DNA from: Thecamonas trahens ATCC 50062
Lineage: Eukaryota > Protista > Apusomonadida
Assembly: GCF_000142905.1 (NCBI RefSeq)
Contig: NW_013657629.1
Location: 124,001-188,000, forward strand
Length of the DNA: 64,000 nucleotides
Direction of reading: 5' to 3'
Shown: piece by piece, positions 1 through 9,941 of the stretch
Layout of the letters: every line of letters starts with the position of its first letter
Numbering within the stretch: the stretch's first letter is position 1
Notes under the pieces: generated by a model
What the model saw: the letters and a program-made list of their open reading frames with translations, nothing else
Told to the model about the DNA's origin: nothing
Databases searched by the model: none
Translations under genes and position numbers: made by a program

Positions 1-2
1 AA

Positions 3-1481
3 AGTGAGTCCGAGTCGGCCTCTGACGCCGGCTGGTCCTCGTCGCTCTCGCGGTTTGCCACAGAGAGGTCCACCCGCCGCTGGCGGGAGGACTCGAGCTC
101 GGGCTCGAGTTCGCCGCAGTCGCCGTCGGGCTCGGGCTCTAGCGCCGCACCGTCGTCGGTTCGTGGCGCACTGGGGATACTTCCATCGGCGAGTGACTGC
201 CGCCGCGATGGCATGTCGCCCGTTCTTGGCTCTTTTGTGTATGCCAGCCCAGCCGATAGCTCGGACTTTCGCCATGTCTGGCTCGAGTGGACTGGCGTGG
301 TCCCGCCCGAGCTCCGCGCCCGGCTCCTCCGCCTTCCCCTTACCATGCCGCATCTTGTGGCGTCGATGACGGTCGAGCTCATCGCTGTCGTCGACCTCGT
401 CGAGCTGGCGTACGTCTACGTCCGCGGCGCCGATGACCACGAGGAAGGTAGTAGTGCTTTGACGCGCCGCAGCCCGCTGGCCGGCTATGGCGTTTCGACG
501 ACGCAGGACCCACAGCTTGCCGACGTACTGGCTCTGGTCGCTGTGGCTGACACAGTGGTGGTGACCAAGAGCGACGTGCTTGGCGCCCAGAACCCGGCGC
601 AGGGCCTTGTTGGCGTTGTGCAGGAGCTCCGCGGTAGTCCGGCATCACTCTTCACCTTGGTGCCTGTGCCAGGTGGCGGCCACGGCCAGCTAGTCCCGTT
701 CGACGGCGACGCCGCAGGGCCGCCACCGCTGGTTCCATACCTCGCCTTCCGCGAGTTTAACTCGAACGTCGTAGCGCTCCGCTTCCGCCTCCCGCCGCTG
801 CCCGAGGCGGCTCACGGCAAAGCACCGCCGTCACCATCGGACGCTCGCCGCCGCGGGCGGGTTGTCATCACCGCGCGGTTCACCCGGTGGCTCCGCGCTG
901 CAACCACCCGCGCGCCTGAGCCCAGCTCCTCCGCTCCGCCGCAGATATTCTCGGTCACAGCCCTCGTCGCTTCAACCGCGCTTCCTGGCTCGGCCTGGCT
1001 AGTCGTGGCCCAGGGCGAGGAGGTTGTCCGCATCACCGAGGTCGCCTTTGCCGACGGCGCCTGGGACGCACTCCGGATCGGCGGCACCCAGATCGGCGGC
1101 GTCGTGGTCGTCCGCGGCTGGCATTGTACCTCAGCCGGCCTGCAAGAGGCATGGCGTGCCACCCGTGATGACGACTCTCAGCCACTCCTTGAGCTGTACG
1201 TCGTCTCCGACGTTGGCTCCTTGCAGATCCTCGCCGACCTTGGCGTCTACCTCGCCATGGCCGCCACCGCCGCCGTCCTCATCGCGCCGCGCAAGGTCAT
1301 CGGTTTGCTTGGCCCCACCGCGTCGGCCAGCCTCGCCTCGGTTGAAGCCTCACTCCCGCTTCTCTCCACCCTTATCGACAAGCCTGGTGCTGCTCTCTTT
1401 GCCCTCCTCCTCACCATTCTCCTTTTCCACCTCATCTCCATCGTCGCAGAAGTCCTCATCCAGCGCCGTCGTGCCACATGA
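3..1481 (+). CDS. Hypothetical protein with C-terminal hydrophobic (transmembrane) segments; probably 5'-partial
   Basis: The frame of ORF 213..1481 is open back to base 3 (SESESASDAGWSSSLSRF...). Hydrophobic stretches LGVYLAMAATAAVLIA and ALFALLLTILLFHLISIVAEVLI lie near the end. No family motif recognised. Confidence 0.6.
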   Translation, partial: SESESASDAGWSSSLSRFATERSTRRWREDSSSGSSSPQSPSGSGSSAAPSSVRGALGILPSASDCRRDGMSPVLGSFVYASPADSSDFRHVWLEWTGVVPPELRARLLRLPLTMPHLVASMTVELIAVVDLVELAYVYVRGADDHEEGSSALTRRSPLAGYGVSTTQDPQLADVLALVAVADTVVVTKSDVLGAQNPAQGLVGVVQELRGSPASLFTLVPVPGGGHGQLVPFDGDAAGPPPLVPYLAFREFNSNVVALRFRLPPLPEAAHGKAPPSPSDARRRGRVVITARFTRWLRAATTRAPEPSSSAPPQIFSVTALVASTALPGSAWLVVAQGEEVVRITEVAFADGAWDALRIGGTQIGGVVVVRGWHCTSAGLQEAWRATRDDDSQPLLELYVVSDVGSLQILADLGVYLAMAATAAVLIAPRKVIGLLGPTASASLASVEASLPLLSTLIDKPGAALFALLLTILLFHLISIVAEVLIQRRRAT

Positions 1482-1730
1482 GATGGACTTACCGTGTCCG
1501 ATCCAAGCGCCGGACACCCCAGCAAAGCCCACACATTGTATGGCTCCCGTCTCTCTCTCTCTCTCCCCCCCACCCCTTCCCCTCCCAAAGCTGTTGCCAA
1601 GCCGCCCAGCCGGGCAACCAGCCACCGAGCAACCGGCCAAACTGCCACCGTCCCCGTCACCCGCCCCCCCCCCCCCCCCCTCCCCCCCCCACACAGACAC
1701 ACACCACACCACCCTACTCCACCGACGTCC

Positions 1731-3668
1731 ATGGTCAAGCTGGGCACAGCACGTGCCAGACGGGACGAGGCAGATGGAGCAGTGGACGTGCTCGTCTCCC
1801 ACCTGGCTGCCGGGTTGGCCTCGGCTGCCTTTGCCGACATGGAGCTCTCCTCTCGCCTGGGTGACATCGGTGACGTCCTCACTCCGCTCTTTGTCCCCTC
1901 CATCGCACCCATCCGCCCGACTGCCACCATCGCCACGACCGCCACCACGGCCAGTACCGGCACTACTGCTGCCGCCACGAATGCTGCCGTTGCTGCCGTC
2001 TCGGGTGATGTCAATCAAGAGTCGGCGGCGGCGGCGGCGCGGGCGGTCATGCTGGCCAGGGCCATTCCCGTTCATGCCGTCATTCTGGCCATGCGATCGC
2101 CAGTGGTGGCGCAGGCGCTGAAAGTGCATCAGAGAGTGCTGACGGGCGAGGCGGGTGAGGGGATGGGCGAGGGCGAGGGGATGGCTATGGGCGAGTGGAA
2201 CTCGAGAACAAGCGGTGATGATGGTGGCGCGGGCCAGGCTGTGGTGGTTGATAGCTTGCCTGGCAAGGGACGGCGGCTGCGGATGCGGATTACGGGCGTG
2301 CCGCCTGATGTGCTCCGGGCGGTGGTGGAGTACGTGTACACGGGAGAGTGCGAGCTCGAGAACGAGGGCTACTCGGAGCTGCAGCGTCTCGGCCAGCTCG
2401 CGCATGCGGCGCAGCTGCTGGGCATGGATCATTTGCTGGGCGAGTGCCTGAGAGACTTGGCTGTGGCGCAGCTGACAGTGGCCGACGCCATCTGTCTTCA
2501 CGGCCTCATTGTGACGCTGCCGGCGAAGCTGGTCGACGCCATTTCCTTCCACTGGAAGAGCTTCATGCGGCGGCACTACGAGGATTTCATTCGGATGGCG
2601 GCCAACGGCGAGATTCACACCGGCTACGAGCCCGAGCGTGCCGACATGCACGTACGCATCCGGACGGGCGATGTCATTGCGCTGCTCTCGGCCTTGCCGC
2701 AGGACGGCGGGACTGCAGCGGAGCAGGTCGTTCGCACCGCCTGCCACCTGTACATCGAGACCAACGCGTACGCTGTCCTCATGTCGCCGCACTTTCTGCG
2801 CTCGTCGGTCGACTCGCTGAGAGTCGTCCTCACCTCGCGCACCTTGCAGGTCAAGGAGAAGCTTCTCTTTCAGGCTGTGCTCCAGTGGATCCTCATCGAC
2901 CCCGCCAGCCGCGAGGCCGAGTGCACCGAGCTTATGACCCACATCAATCTTGACAAGGTCCCGTCGCGTCTCCTGCTCGAGGCCAAGCGCCAGGGCTTTG
3001 AGTTTCCAGACAAGGCGTACAAAGCTGCGCTGGTCAAGCACCACCGATCGCGGCACGTCCGCGACGTAGCATACCGCTACAACCCACGGCTCACCGCCAT
3101 CAACATGCACTCGACCAAGCGGCCGGGCAAGGACCTCCGGGCGCTGCGCGGTGGCGTCCGGTCGCATCGCAACGCCCGCGATGTAATTTCTGCCTCCAGC
3201 TCGTCGAGCTCCCTAGAGGAGCTCGCTCGGTTCCAGCAGACAGTGCTCAACTCGCTCAAGCCCAGCGAAGCGCGGGCAAACCGGGCTACGACGGCCGGCG
3301 CCGGCGACGACGGGGAATCATCTTCGGCGGCGCCGCTCTCGCTCTCACGGTCGAATTCATTCGACAACACGTCGATCGCTAGTTCGACCGCGTCGCAGCA
3401 GCCGTCGCCCAACCATCCGCTACTCCGTGGGGCGGGTTCGTCGCTCTCGCGCGCCTGGCGGCAGAACTCGTATGTCTCGCTCGTCAAGCGGGTCCGCAAA
3501 CAGAACCACGTCCGTGCCCGCGGGACACGGCCCAGCGGTCTCGGCGGCGGCGGCGGCGGCGGCAGCGGCGAGACCACCGTGCGCCACACTCCACAGCCGC
3601 CGCCCGGACGGAGCCTTGGCCGCTCCGTCTCGGCCCGGCGGGTCCGCACGCGCGCGCCGCCGAGTTGA
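1731..3668 (+). CDS. BTB/POZ-BACK domain protein with low-complexity C-terminal tail
   Basis: BTB motifs IPVHAVILAMRSPV and ITGVPPDVLRAVVEYVYTG; BACK-like LQVKEKLLFQAVLQWILIDPASR. First ATG after the C-rich leader is at 1731. Confidence 0.8.
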   Translation: MVKLGTARARRDEADGAVDVLVSHLAAGLASAAFADMELSSRLGDIGDVLTPLFVPSIAPIRPTATIATTATTASTGTTAAATNAAVAAVSGDVNQESAAAAARAVMLARAIPVHAVILAMRSPVVAQALKVHQRVLTGEAGEGMGEGEGMAMGEWNSRTSGDDGGAGQAVVVDSLPGKGRRLRMRITGVPPDVLRAVVEYVYTGECELENEGYSELQRLGQLAHAAQLLGMDHLLGECLRDLAVAQLTVADAICLHGLIVTLPAKLVDAISFHWKSFMRRHYEDFIRMAANGEIHTGYEPERADMHVRIRTGDVIALLSALPQDGGTAAEQVVRTACHLYIETNAYAVLMSPHFLRSSVDSLRVVLTSRTLQVKEKLLFQAVLQWILIDPASREAECTELMTHINLDKVPSRLLLEAKRQGFEFPDKAYKAALVKHHRSRHVRDVAYRYNPRLTAINMHSTKRPGKDLRALRGGVRSHRNARDVISASSSSSSLEELARFQQTVLNSLKPSEARANRATTAGAGDDGESSSAAPLSLSRSNSFDNTSIASSTASQQPSPNHPLLRGAGSSLSRAWRQNSYVSLVKRVRKQNHVRARGTRPSGLGGGGGGGSGETTVRHTPQPPPGRSLGRSVSARRVRTRAPPS

Positions 3669-3690
3669 CCAAGTCCCGGCTTCCGCTCGC

Positions 3691-4869
3691 TCACACCGGC
3701 TCGTCGCGGCTGGCAAGCGCGCGGATGCGGCCGACGAGCTGAGATGCCGTCGCCCTTGGTGCCGACGTGGTCGAGTGCCCGCCGGCCTTGGTGCCGCTCG
3801 ACTTGGCGTAGGTGTTGACGGCGATGCCGGCAACGATGAGCATGCCCGAGAGCGCAAAGCCGGGCGAAAAGGTGTTCTCGGAGAAGAGGAGGAACGAGAG
3901 GGTGACAGTGATGATCTTGCGGGTGGTGGTGATGAGGACGGTAGTCACGCCACCGTAGGCGCGGACGAGGCGCATGTAAAAGGTGACGCCGCCAAAGGTG
4001 GAGGAGCCAAAGGCAATCAGCCGCAGCAGCAGCATCGGCGACGCGACCAGCTCACGCACGGCCGGGCCAAGCTCGCCAGACATGGCTGCCAGCGCTGCAA
4101 GGACCGAGGCGCCAATGATGTTGGTAAAGAGCATGGTCTCGTACGTGCCGCGGCGGAGGCGGCCCATGACGCACTCCTGCAGGTTGGGCACAATCGAGTC
4201 GAGGACGATCGATCCGACAACTAGCGCCAGGCCGCCGTAGAACTGGCTCTGCGGGAGCTGAACAGCAGCAGCCTTGGCCTGCGAGCGTGAGGTGAGGGTG
4301 AAGCCGACCAGGCCAGCGCAGAGCAGCAGAGCCGCGGCATACTGTCCGCGATTGTACTCTTTGCCCAGCATGACCGAGCCGACGATCATGGTCGGAATGA
4401 GCTTGCCCGATCGGACCGAGACTTTGAGCGGGAACGAGACATACTGCAGCGAGAGGTTTGCCGATGCCATCGACGCCAGCATGGCCACTGAGAGCACCGC
4501 ATACGCCCCAAGCGCCCGCACTCGGAGCGATCGCCTGACCGATGCCCAAGTCTCCGGCTGCTCGGCACGGCGCTCACCACCTGCAGTGGCTGCGGGCGCC
4601 CATCCGGACCCTCCACTGGCTGATGATTCCGCAGATGGAAGTGATGTTGACAGCCGCTGAGCAGCCGATCGGTTCAAAGCCGTTGGCGAGGCAGATCGGA
4701 GCGACGAGAGGTGGAGGGTGACGGCCGAGCCGAGGGCAACCGCAGCAAACTCAACAAAGGTCAGGGTGAGGCCATGGTGGAAGCCGTCGACTTTGACTAC
4801 CTGCTCCTGGAGCCAGTCATGGAGGACAAAGAAGGTGAAGAGTCCTGCTGCAGATGCCACCAATCGCAT
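3691..4869 (-). CDS. UAA-family nucleotide-sugar/PAPS transporter (SLC35B-like)
   Basis: Multi-pass hydrophobic protein with WLQE, SLQYVSFPLKVSVRSGKLIPTM and ITTTRKIITVTLSFLLF motifs typical of SLC35B1-3. Confidence 0.88.
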   Translation of the reverse strand: MRLVASAAGLFTFFVLHDWLQEQVVKVDGFHHGLTLTFVEFAAVALGSAVTLHLSSLRSASPTALNRSAAQRLSTSLPSAESSASGGSGWAPAATAGGERRAEQPETWASVRRSLRVRALGAYAVLSVAMLASMASANLSLQYVSFPLKVSVRSGKLIPTMIVGSVMLGKEYNRGQYAAALLLCAGLVGFTLTSRSQAKAAAVQLPQSQFYGGLALVVGSIVLDSIVPNLQECVMGRLRRGTYETMLFTNIIGASVLAALAAMSGELGPAVRELVASPMLLLRLIAFGSSTFGGVTFYMRLVRAYGGVTTVLITTTRKIITVTLSFLLFSENTFSPGFALSGMLIVAGIAVNTYAKSSGTKAGGHSTTSAPRATASQLVGRIRALASRDEPV

Positions 4870-5032
4870 GTGCCTCACAAGTCGAGTGAGTCTGGGTGGG
4901 GGTGGGGTGAGGAGGGTGACCAGTGGCCGGCAGCCGTGGATGCGTCCCGGGATCAGGCGGAGGGGGTGGGGGGGTCAGGTGGGCAAGCAAGGCGGACAAG
5001 GTGCGGGGGCTGCTCTGGTTCACTCAAGTCCA

Positions 5033-7573
5033 CTACGCATGAGCACGCCGATAGGCGATCTGCTGGTACATCGAGGCTAGGATGCGGATGTTGGTACCCT
5101 GGAGCGGCGAGATGGTGTGGAGGATGCGTGCGGACCACTCGCGCTGACCCGCGGCAGTCTTGGACGCCTTCTCGACCTTGATGGCGTGTGCGGTGTTGGT
5201 GAGGCGGGTGACGGGCCACGGGAAGCGGGCGAGGACATCAAAGTGCGGCGGCCGGACGAGAGCCATGCCCTTTTGCGAGATGCCGAGGAGGACGGTGTCG
5301 ACAGCGGTGCCTCCGTACTCGTTGCTTCCGCCGGACGCCTCGTACAGCTGAAAGTACTCGACGCCGAACGAGTTGAGCTTGAGGATCTCCTCGAGATACA
5401 GCTTCTCGACATAAGTGGCGTTGCCAAGATCGCCGAGCTCGCGCCACTTTGCGCGGATCCGCTTCTCCCACTCTGAGTCGGTGTACTGGACGCGGAGGTA
5501 GTGCGGGATGTACGTCCTCTCGATACCTTGCGCAACAAGGTAGCCCTTGGTCGTTGTCGGGTCCGGCGGCAGCTCGTCGTCGTCCTCTGATCCGCCGCCA
5601 AACACGTCGCCATCCGAGCCGTCGATCTCTGTCTCGGGCGGAAAGTATGAGCCAAAGTCGGCGAGGAAGCGGTAGGCCGCAAAGAGTACGGCCTGGTCCT
5701 CAGTGACAGTGTATGTGCCGTCGAGCACGTACTGCCGGAACTGAAGGTAGTATAGATGGCGCGCGCGCGCGTCCTTGGACTTGGCCAACTCGCGCTCGTT
5801 GAGGACAATGACCCGGAGCTTGTACACAAGCGTCGAGCCGACGTGAACGTGTTCGTCCATGACCAGCTTGGATGGGTTGAGCCACCGGTCGGCGTCGGCG
5901 GTCGAGTCGCAGAGGCCCAGCCAGCGGCGATCATGAACCCGCAGCAGTTCCGCGTACGAGTTCATGAGCTCGCCCACCGTCGCAGTCTCGTCGATGGTGA
6001 TGAGCCTGCCCTTGTCGCCGGGCCACCCGGACCGGATCCGCAGCGTCATGGTCGTCGGCTCGCGGGTGAGCTGTGCGTCGGCCCGTAGCGGGAGCGCTCC
6101 GCTTGCGGCGTATGCCGCATATGCCTGCAGCGCGTTCGCAACTGCGCTCGCCTGCGCAGCAGACGGCAGCATCATCCGCAGCCCACCGGCAGTCACCACT
6201 GTTGGTGAAGCACTGTCGACTGTAGCCACCGCGCCCGCAAGCTCGGCCTTGAACGACGCTATCCGGACTTGGCTCCGCCCCTCGGCGTCGGCGTATAGCA
6301 CAATGCCGCGCGGGCAGACGCCGATCGCCTGCGCGCCGTCGACCGCCTGTGTCAGCACGTACAGCTGGACGCCGTAGTCGGGTAGGCCAGCAGCATACTC
6401 GCAGTAGTTCATCTCAGCCATGACCTTGATTGTGCCTGAGATGAGCGCAGCAGCTTCAAAGATCGCGGCCTCCACCTTTTTGCGCGCCTTCTTCTTCTTG
6501 GGCACATGCTCTGCCGGCAGCACTGTCGCCAGATTGTCAGCAAGCAAGCCAGCGCGGTGCTTGGCGGCATCGTAGCCCGAGTACTCGGAGACAAAGGAGA
6601 AGGCGGCAAGGCGGATGGCCTGGTCGAGCGTTGTCGGCCACTTGGACGCCAAGACTCGTGCGCGGACTTCGGCGTACTGCAACGAGACGGCAGTCGGGTC
6701 TGTCGACGCGCCCACGTTCTGCGAAAAGTAGCGGACGCGGATTTGGAGGAACGACGCCGACGTGATGCCCTGCGCCAGGCACGGCTCGTCGCGATCGATC
6801 CACTGGAACTCGCCCACGTCGAGCCCGTCCTCGCCGTCCTCCACCAGCGCAATGTCGAAGAGCTGCGTCTCGAGGAGGTCAATCTTACGCGCGTACATGT
6901 CCATCAGCTCTTGCCCGGTCGTGTACTCGTTGACTCGGAGCTTGGATTTGGCCTCGCCATCGACCTGCGCAATGGTGACAATGACCGACTCGGTCGGTTC
7001 CGGTCTGTCCTCTGGCTCGTCCGCCGCTGGTGCTGCCGCCCGCTCAGCCGCCCTGGCCTCTAGCGCTGCCCGCTCCGCCGCCGCCCGCGCTGCCTCCTCC
7101 TCTGCCGTCGGCTCCGGCACCAGTGTGGTGTCTGCATGCGACGACGACGACAATGACCCGCCATCTTTGGCCGCCTCCCCGGAACCCGACCTTGATCCTT
7201 CCGCCGCGACGCCCATCGCTGCCGCTGCCGGAGCAGCCGAGCTGTCGGCCTTGGCAGCAATAGCCGCCGCAGGCGCAGCAGCAGGCGCAGCAGCAGGCTC
7301 TCCGTCATCATGCGAGCTATGGTGGTCATCGCGGCGCTTGCGGATGACTCTCTTCTTGCGCACCACCTTGCGCTTCGCCTTGACATGACCAGCCGCCTCT
7401 GCTTCTGCTTCTGTCGATGCCTCTGCCGATGCCCCCGCCGAGGCCGAGCTATGGCCGTCGGCTTTGTTGGTCGCCGACGACTTCTTCCTCACCCGCTTCA
7501 CCACCCGCTTGCGGACAACCTTCTTGCGGACAACCTTGCGCACGCGCTTCTTCTTGGGCTCTTCGTCCGCCAT
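5033..7573 (-). CDS. Protein with two tandem FERM domains and a Lys/Arg-rich N-terminus
   Basis: Two copies of the FERM pattern: IRVRYF..DPTAVSLQYAEVR..AIRLAA..LPDYGVQLY..IGVCPRGI and YKLRV..HLYYLQFRQYVLDG..AVLFAA..LNSFGVEYF..LLGISQKGM. ATG at 7573 (MADEEPKKK). Confidence 0.82.
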   Translation of the reverse strand: MADEEPKKKRVRKVVRKKVVRKRVVKRVRKKSSATNKADGHSSASAGASAEASTEAEAEAAGHVKAKRKVVRKKRVIRKRRDDHHSSHDDGEPAAAPAAAPAAAIAAKADSSAAPAAAAMGVAAEGSRSGSGEAAKDGGSLSSSSHADTTLVPEPTAEEEAARAAAERAALEARAAERAAAPAADEPEDRPEPTESVIVTIAQVDGEAKSKLRVNEYTTGQELMDMYARKIDLLETQLFDIALVEDGEDGLDVGEFQWIDRDEPCLAQGITSASFLQIRVRYFSQNVGASTDPTAVSLQYAEVRARVLASKWPTTLDQAIRLAAFSFVSEYSGYDAAKHRAGLLADNLATVLPAEHVPKKKKARKKVEAAIFEAAALISGTIKVMAEMNYCEYAAGLPDYGVQLYVLTQAVDGAQAIGVCPRGIVLYADAEGRSQVRIASFKAELAGAVATVDSASPTVVTAGGLRMMLPSAAQASAVANALQAYAAYAASGALPLRADAQLTREPTTMTLRIRSGWPGDKGRLITIDETATVGELMNSYAELLRVHDRRWLGLCDSTADADRWLNPSKLVMDEHVHVGSTLVYKLRVIVLNERELAKSKDARARHLYYLQFRQYVLDGTYTVTEDQAVLFAAYRFLADFGSYFPPETEIDGSDGDVFGGGSEDDDELPPDPTTTKGYLVAQGIERTYIPHYLRVQYTDSEWEKRIRAKWRELGDLGNATYVEKLYLEEILKLNSFGVEYFQLYEASGGSNEYGGTAVDTVLLGISQKGMALVRPPHFDVLARFPWPVTRLTNTAHAIKVEKASKTAAGQREWSARILHTISPLQGTNIRILASMYQQIAYRRAHA

Positions 7574-7989
7574 GGTGCTGCTGCGAGGTGAAGTGGCTAG
7601 CACTCTCACCGAATGGGGTGTCTTGCCACCTGTCTGGTCGAGGGTCGAGGGTCGACGGGGGGGGGTGGGAGTGGGGGGGCGGGGGGCGGAGGAGGGGTAG
7701 TGGGAGTGGGGGGGGGAGAAGGGGGGGGAGTGGGGAGTGTGTGGCTCCTTTTTTTTTTGGTACATGTTTTATCGGCAGCTGATGAGGGTGAGGAGGGGAG
7801 GGGAGGGGAGGGGAAGGGGGGAAGATGGGCCGAGGGGACCTCGTGTATGTAATGTGGGTGGATGGGTGGATGGTGGGTGGGTGGATGGGGTGGATCGGTC
7901 GCGTCGAGAGAGGGAGGGAGGGAGGCAGGCGAGGAGGAGAACCGGAGAGGAGGAGGAGGAGGAGGAGGAGGAGGAGGGAGGAAGGGAAA

Positions 7990-9294
7990 CTACTCCTCAA
8001 CAAAGTTGCCGTTGTTGATCCACTCGCCAACCAGCGGGACAACGCGGGTCATGGACTTGTCCGGGCCGTAAACCACGGTGGGAACGCCCGACTCTTGGCT
8101 CCACTCGCGCATCATGTCGAGAGCCTTGAGGTAGTTGGGCCCGCCGCGACGGAAGAAGACGCGGTAGTTGCAGGCCTTGAGCTTGTCCTCAAACTCGCGG
8201 AGAGCGTGGACAATGCCACGGGCAGCCTTGGCGCAGTCGGAGAAGTTGGCGACAGCGCCGACGATGACGAGGGCGCGGGTCTCACCGTCCGGGTTGCGGG
8301 TGGCAAGGTCAAGAACCGACTTGGCGTAGAGGTACGTCTGTTCGGCGTTGGGGCCGCCCGAGTACTCGCCGTAGTTGCCCACCAGCGGGCCGAGGCCGAG
8401 GTCGGAGAAGGTGTCGATGGTGATGAGCGAGGCGCCACCGCCGGCGAGGAGGCACCAGATGCGGCCCTCCGGGTTGAGGACGGTGAGCTTGAGCGAGGCG
8501 CCGGTCTTCGAGTCCATGTCGCGGACAACCTGCTCCTCGGGAAACTCGGTCATGCCGAACGGGTTGGGGAACTCGATGGCGTCCCACTTGCGCGAGTTCT
8601 GGAACATCGAAGTGTCATCGACGGCGCCCACAAAGTCGAGCGGAATCGGGTTGCCCTGACCGTCAAAAGTGAACGGGTTCATCTCCATGGTGGTAAAGTC
8701 AAGGTCGTCAAAGAGCTTGAAGGCGTCGCGAACAAACGACTCGGTGGCGTCCATAACAGCAGCGTCGACGCCCTCGAGCATGGCCGAGAGGTCGACCGAA
8801 GTGATGTCGTCCTCCACGCCGACGCGGAGCGTCTTGATGGTGTCCCAGTTGTCCTCGACCTCGACGCCACCGGCGACCGAGAACGAGATCACGTTGGCCT
8901 CGCGCTCCATGTGGATGGCGAGGTAGAACTCGTGCTCGTGCGGCATGAACGGCTCGAGAAGAAAGTGGGTGAGGACGCCATCGACGCCGTTGATGGACAC
9001 GGTGGTGCCCATGAGCTCCTTGGCAAAGGCCACAGCCTCGTCAAAGGTCGCGTTGAGCTTGACCAGGCCATGCTTGCCACGCTGGCCAAACAGCATGTCC
9101 GGCTTGACCACCAGCTTGGTCGTTGCCAGCCACGGCTCGGCCTTGACCAGCGACTCGTAGTTGGTCTCCGGGTGGATGAGCGCGGCCTGCAGCGGGAGCT
9201 CCCGCCCGGTCACACGCGGCGCGTTCTTCGTCAGCGCCTTCTTGGCGTGGTACTCGCGGATCTTCTTGCGGGCCACTGAGGAGGAGGGGGACAT
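7990..9294 (-). CDS. ACLA: ATP-citrate lyase A subunit (succinyl-CoA-synthetase beta-like, ATP-grasp + citrate-binding), stand-alone
   Basis: ARKKIREY, KLVVKPDMLFGQRGKHGLV, GRIWCLLAGGGAS, NYGEYSGGP and RRGGPNY motifs. Stops after 434 aa. Exact start uncertain. Confidence 0.92.
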   Translation of the reverse strand: MSPSSSVARKKIREYHAKKALTKNAPRVTGRELPLQAALIHPETNYESLVKAEPWLATTKLVVKPDMLFGQRGKHGLVKLNATFDEAVAFAKELMGTTVSINGVDGVLTHFLLEPFMPHEHEFYLAIHMEREANVISFSVAGGVEVEDNWDTIKTLRVGVEDDITSVDLSAMLEGVDAAVMDATESFVRDAFKLFDDLDFTTMEMNPFTFDGQGNPIPLDFVGAVDDTSMFQNSRKWDAIEFPNPFGMTEFPEEQVVRDMDSKTGASLKLTVLNPEGRIWCLLAGGGASLITIDTFSDLGLGPLVGNYGEYSGGPNAEQTYLYAKSVLDLATRNPDGETRALVIVGAVANFSDCAKAARGIVHALREFEDKLKACNYRVFFRRGGPNYLKALDMMREWSQESGVPTVVYGPDKSMTRVVPLVGEWINNGNFVEE

Positions 9295-9941
9295 ACCATG
9301 GCTGCTTGTGAGTCGTCACCACTGTTGCCATGGCCTTGCTACCAGTTGTCTCGCTCCCCTCCCGCCGCCCCCGACCACGACCTTTTTGCCGACCGAACAA
9401 TGACGTGGCGGGTAAAACCGGTTGGAGGAGGAACCAGCCTTGTTGCGGGGGGGGGGGGGGGCTGAGGGCAATGGGCTTGCCGGAGGGAGAGGGAGAGAGA
9501 GAGGGAGAAGAGGGGGTATGGGTGATGCATGTATGTGTTTGGGTGGCTGGGGCGTACTGTTGTGAGAGGGGCAGATGAGTGTGGATAAGGTCGGTAAGCG
9601 GGTGGGGACTGCGGCGGGTGAGTTGGAGGGATGAGTGAGCCGGAGAGGGGGGGAAGGCCGGCGGCGGTGGTTGGCCACGTGGCCACCTTTGCGTCCCGGT
9701 GGTGGAGTCGGTGGTGGAGTGATGGGTTTGGGTGAGGAAGTAAAATATTTTAACAGCCCTTCCCCCCCCCCCCCCCCGTCACCCAGCCTTCCCCCCTCCC
9801 CTGTCAGCTCGTCCGACGCGACGACGACATGGCTCCACCTCTGCGCTGCCGTTGCTACTACCACGACAAGCCAGACCACACCTCTGGATAGTGTGTGTGT
9901 GTGTGTGAAAGGTGGAGACGTGGGCGACGTTCCTGTGAGCT

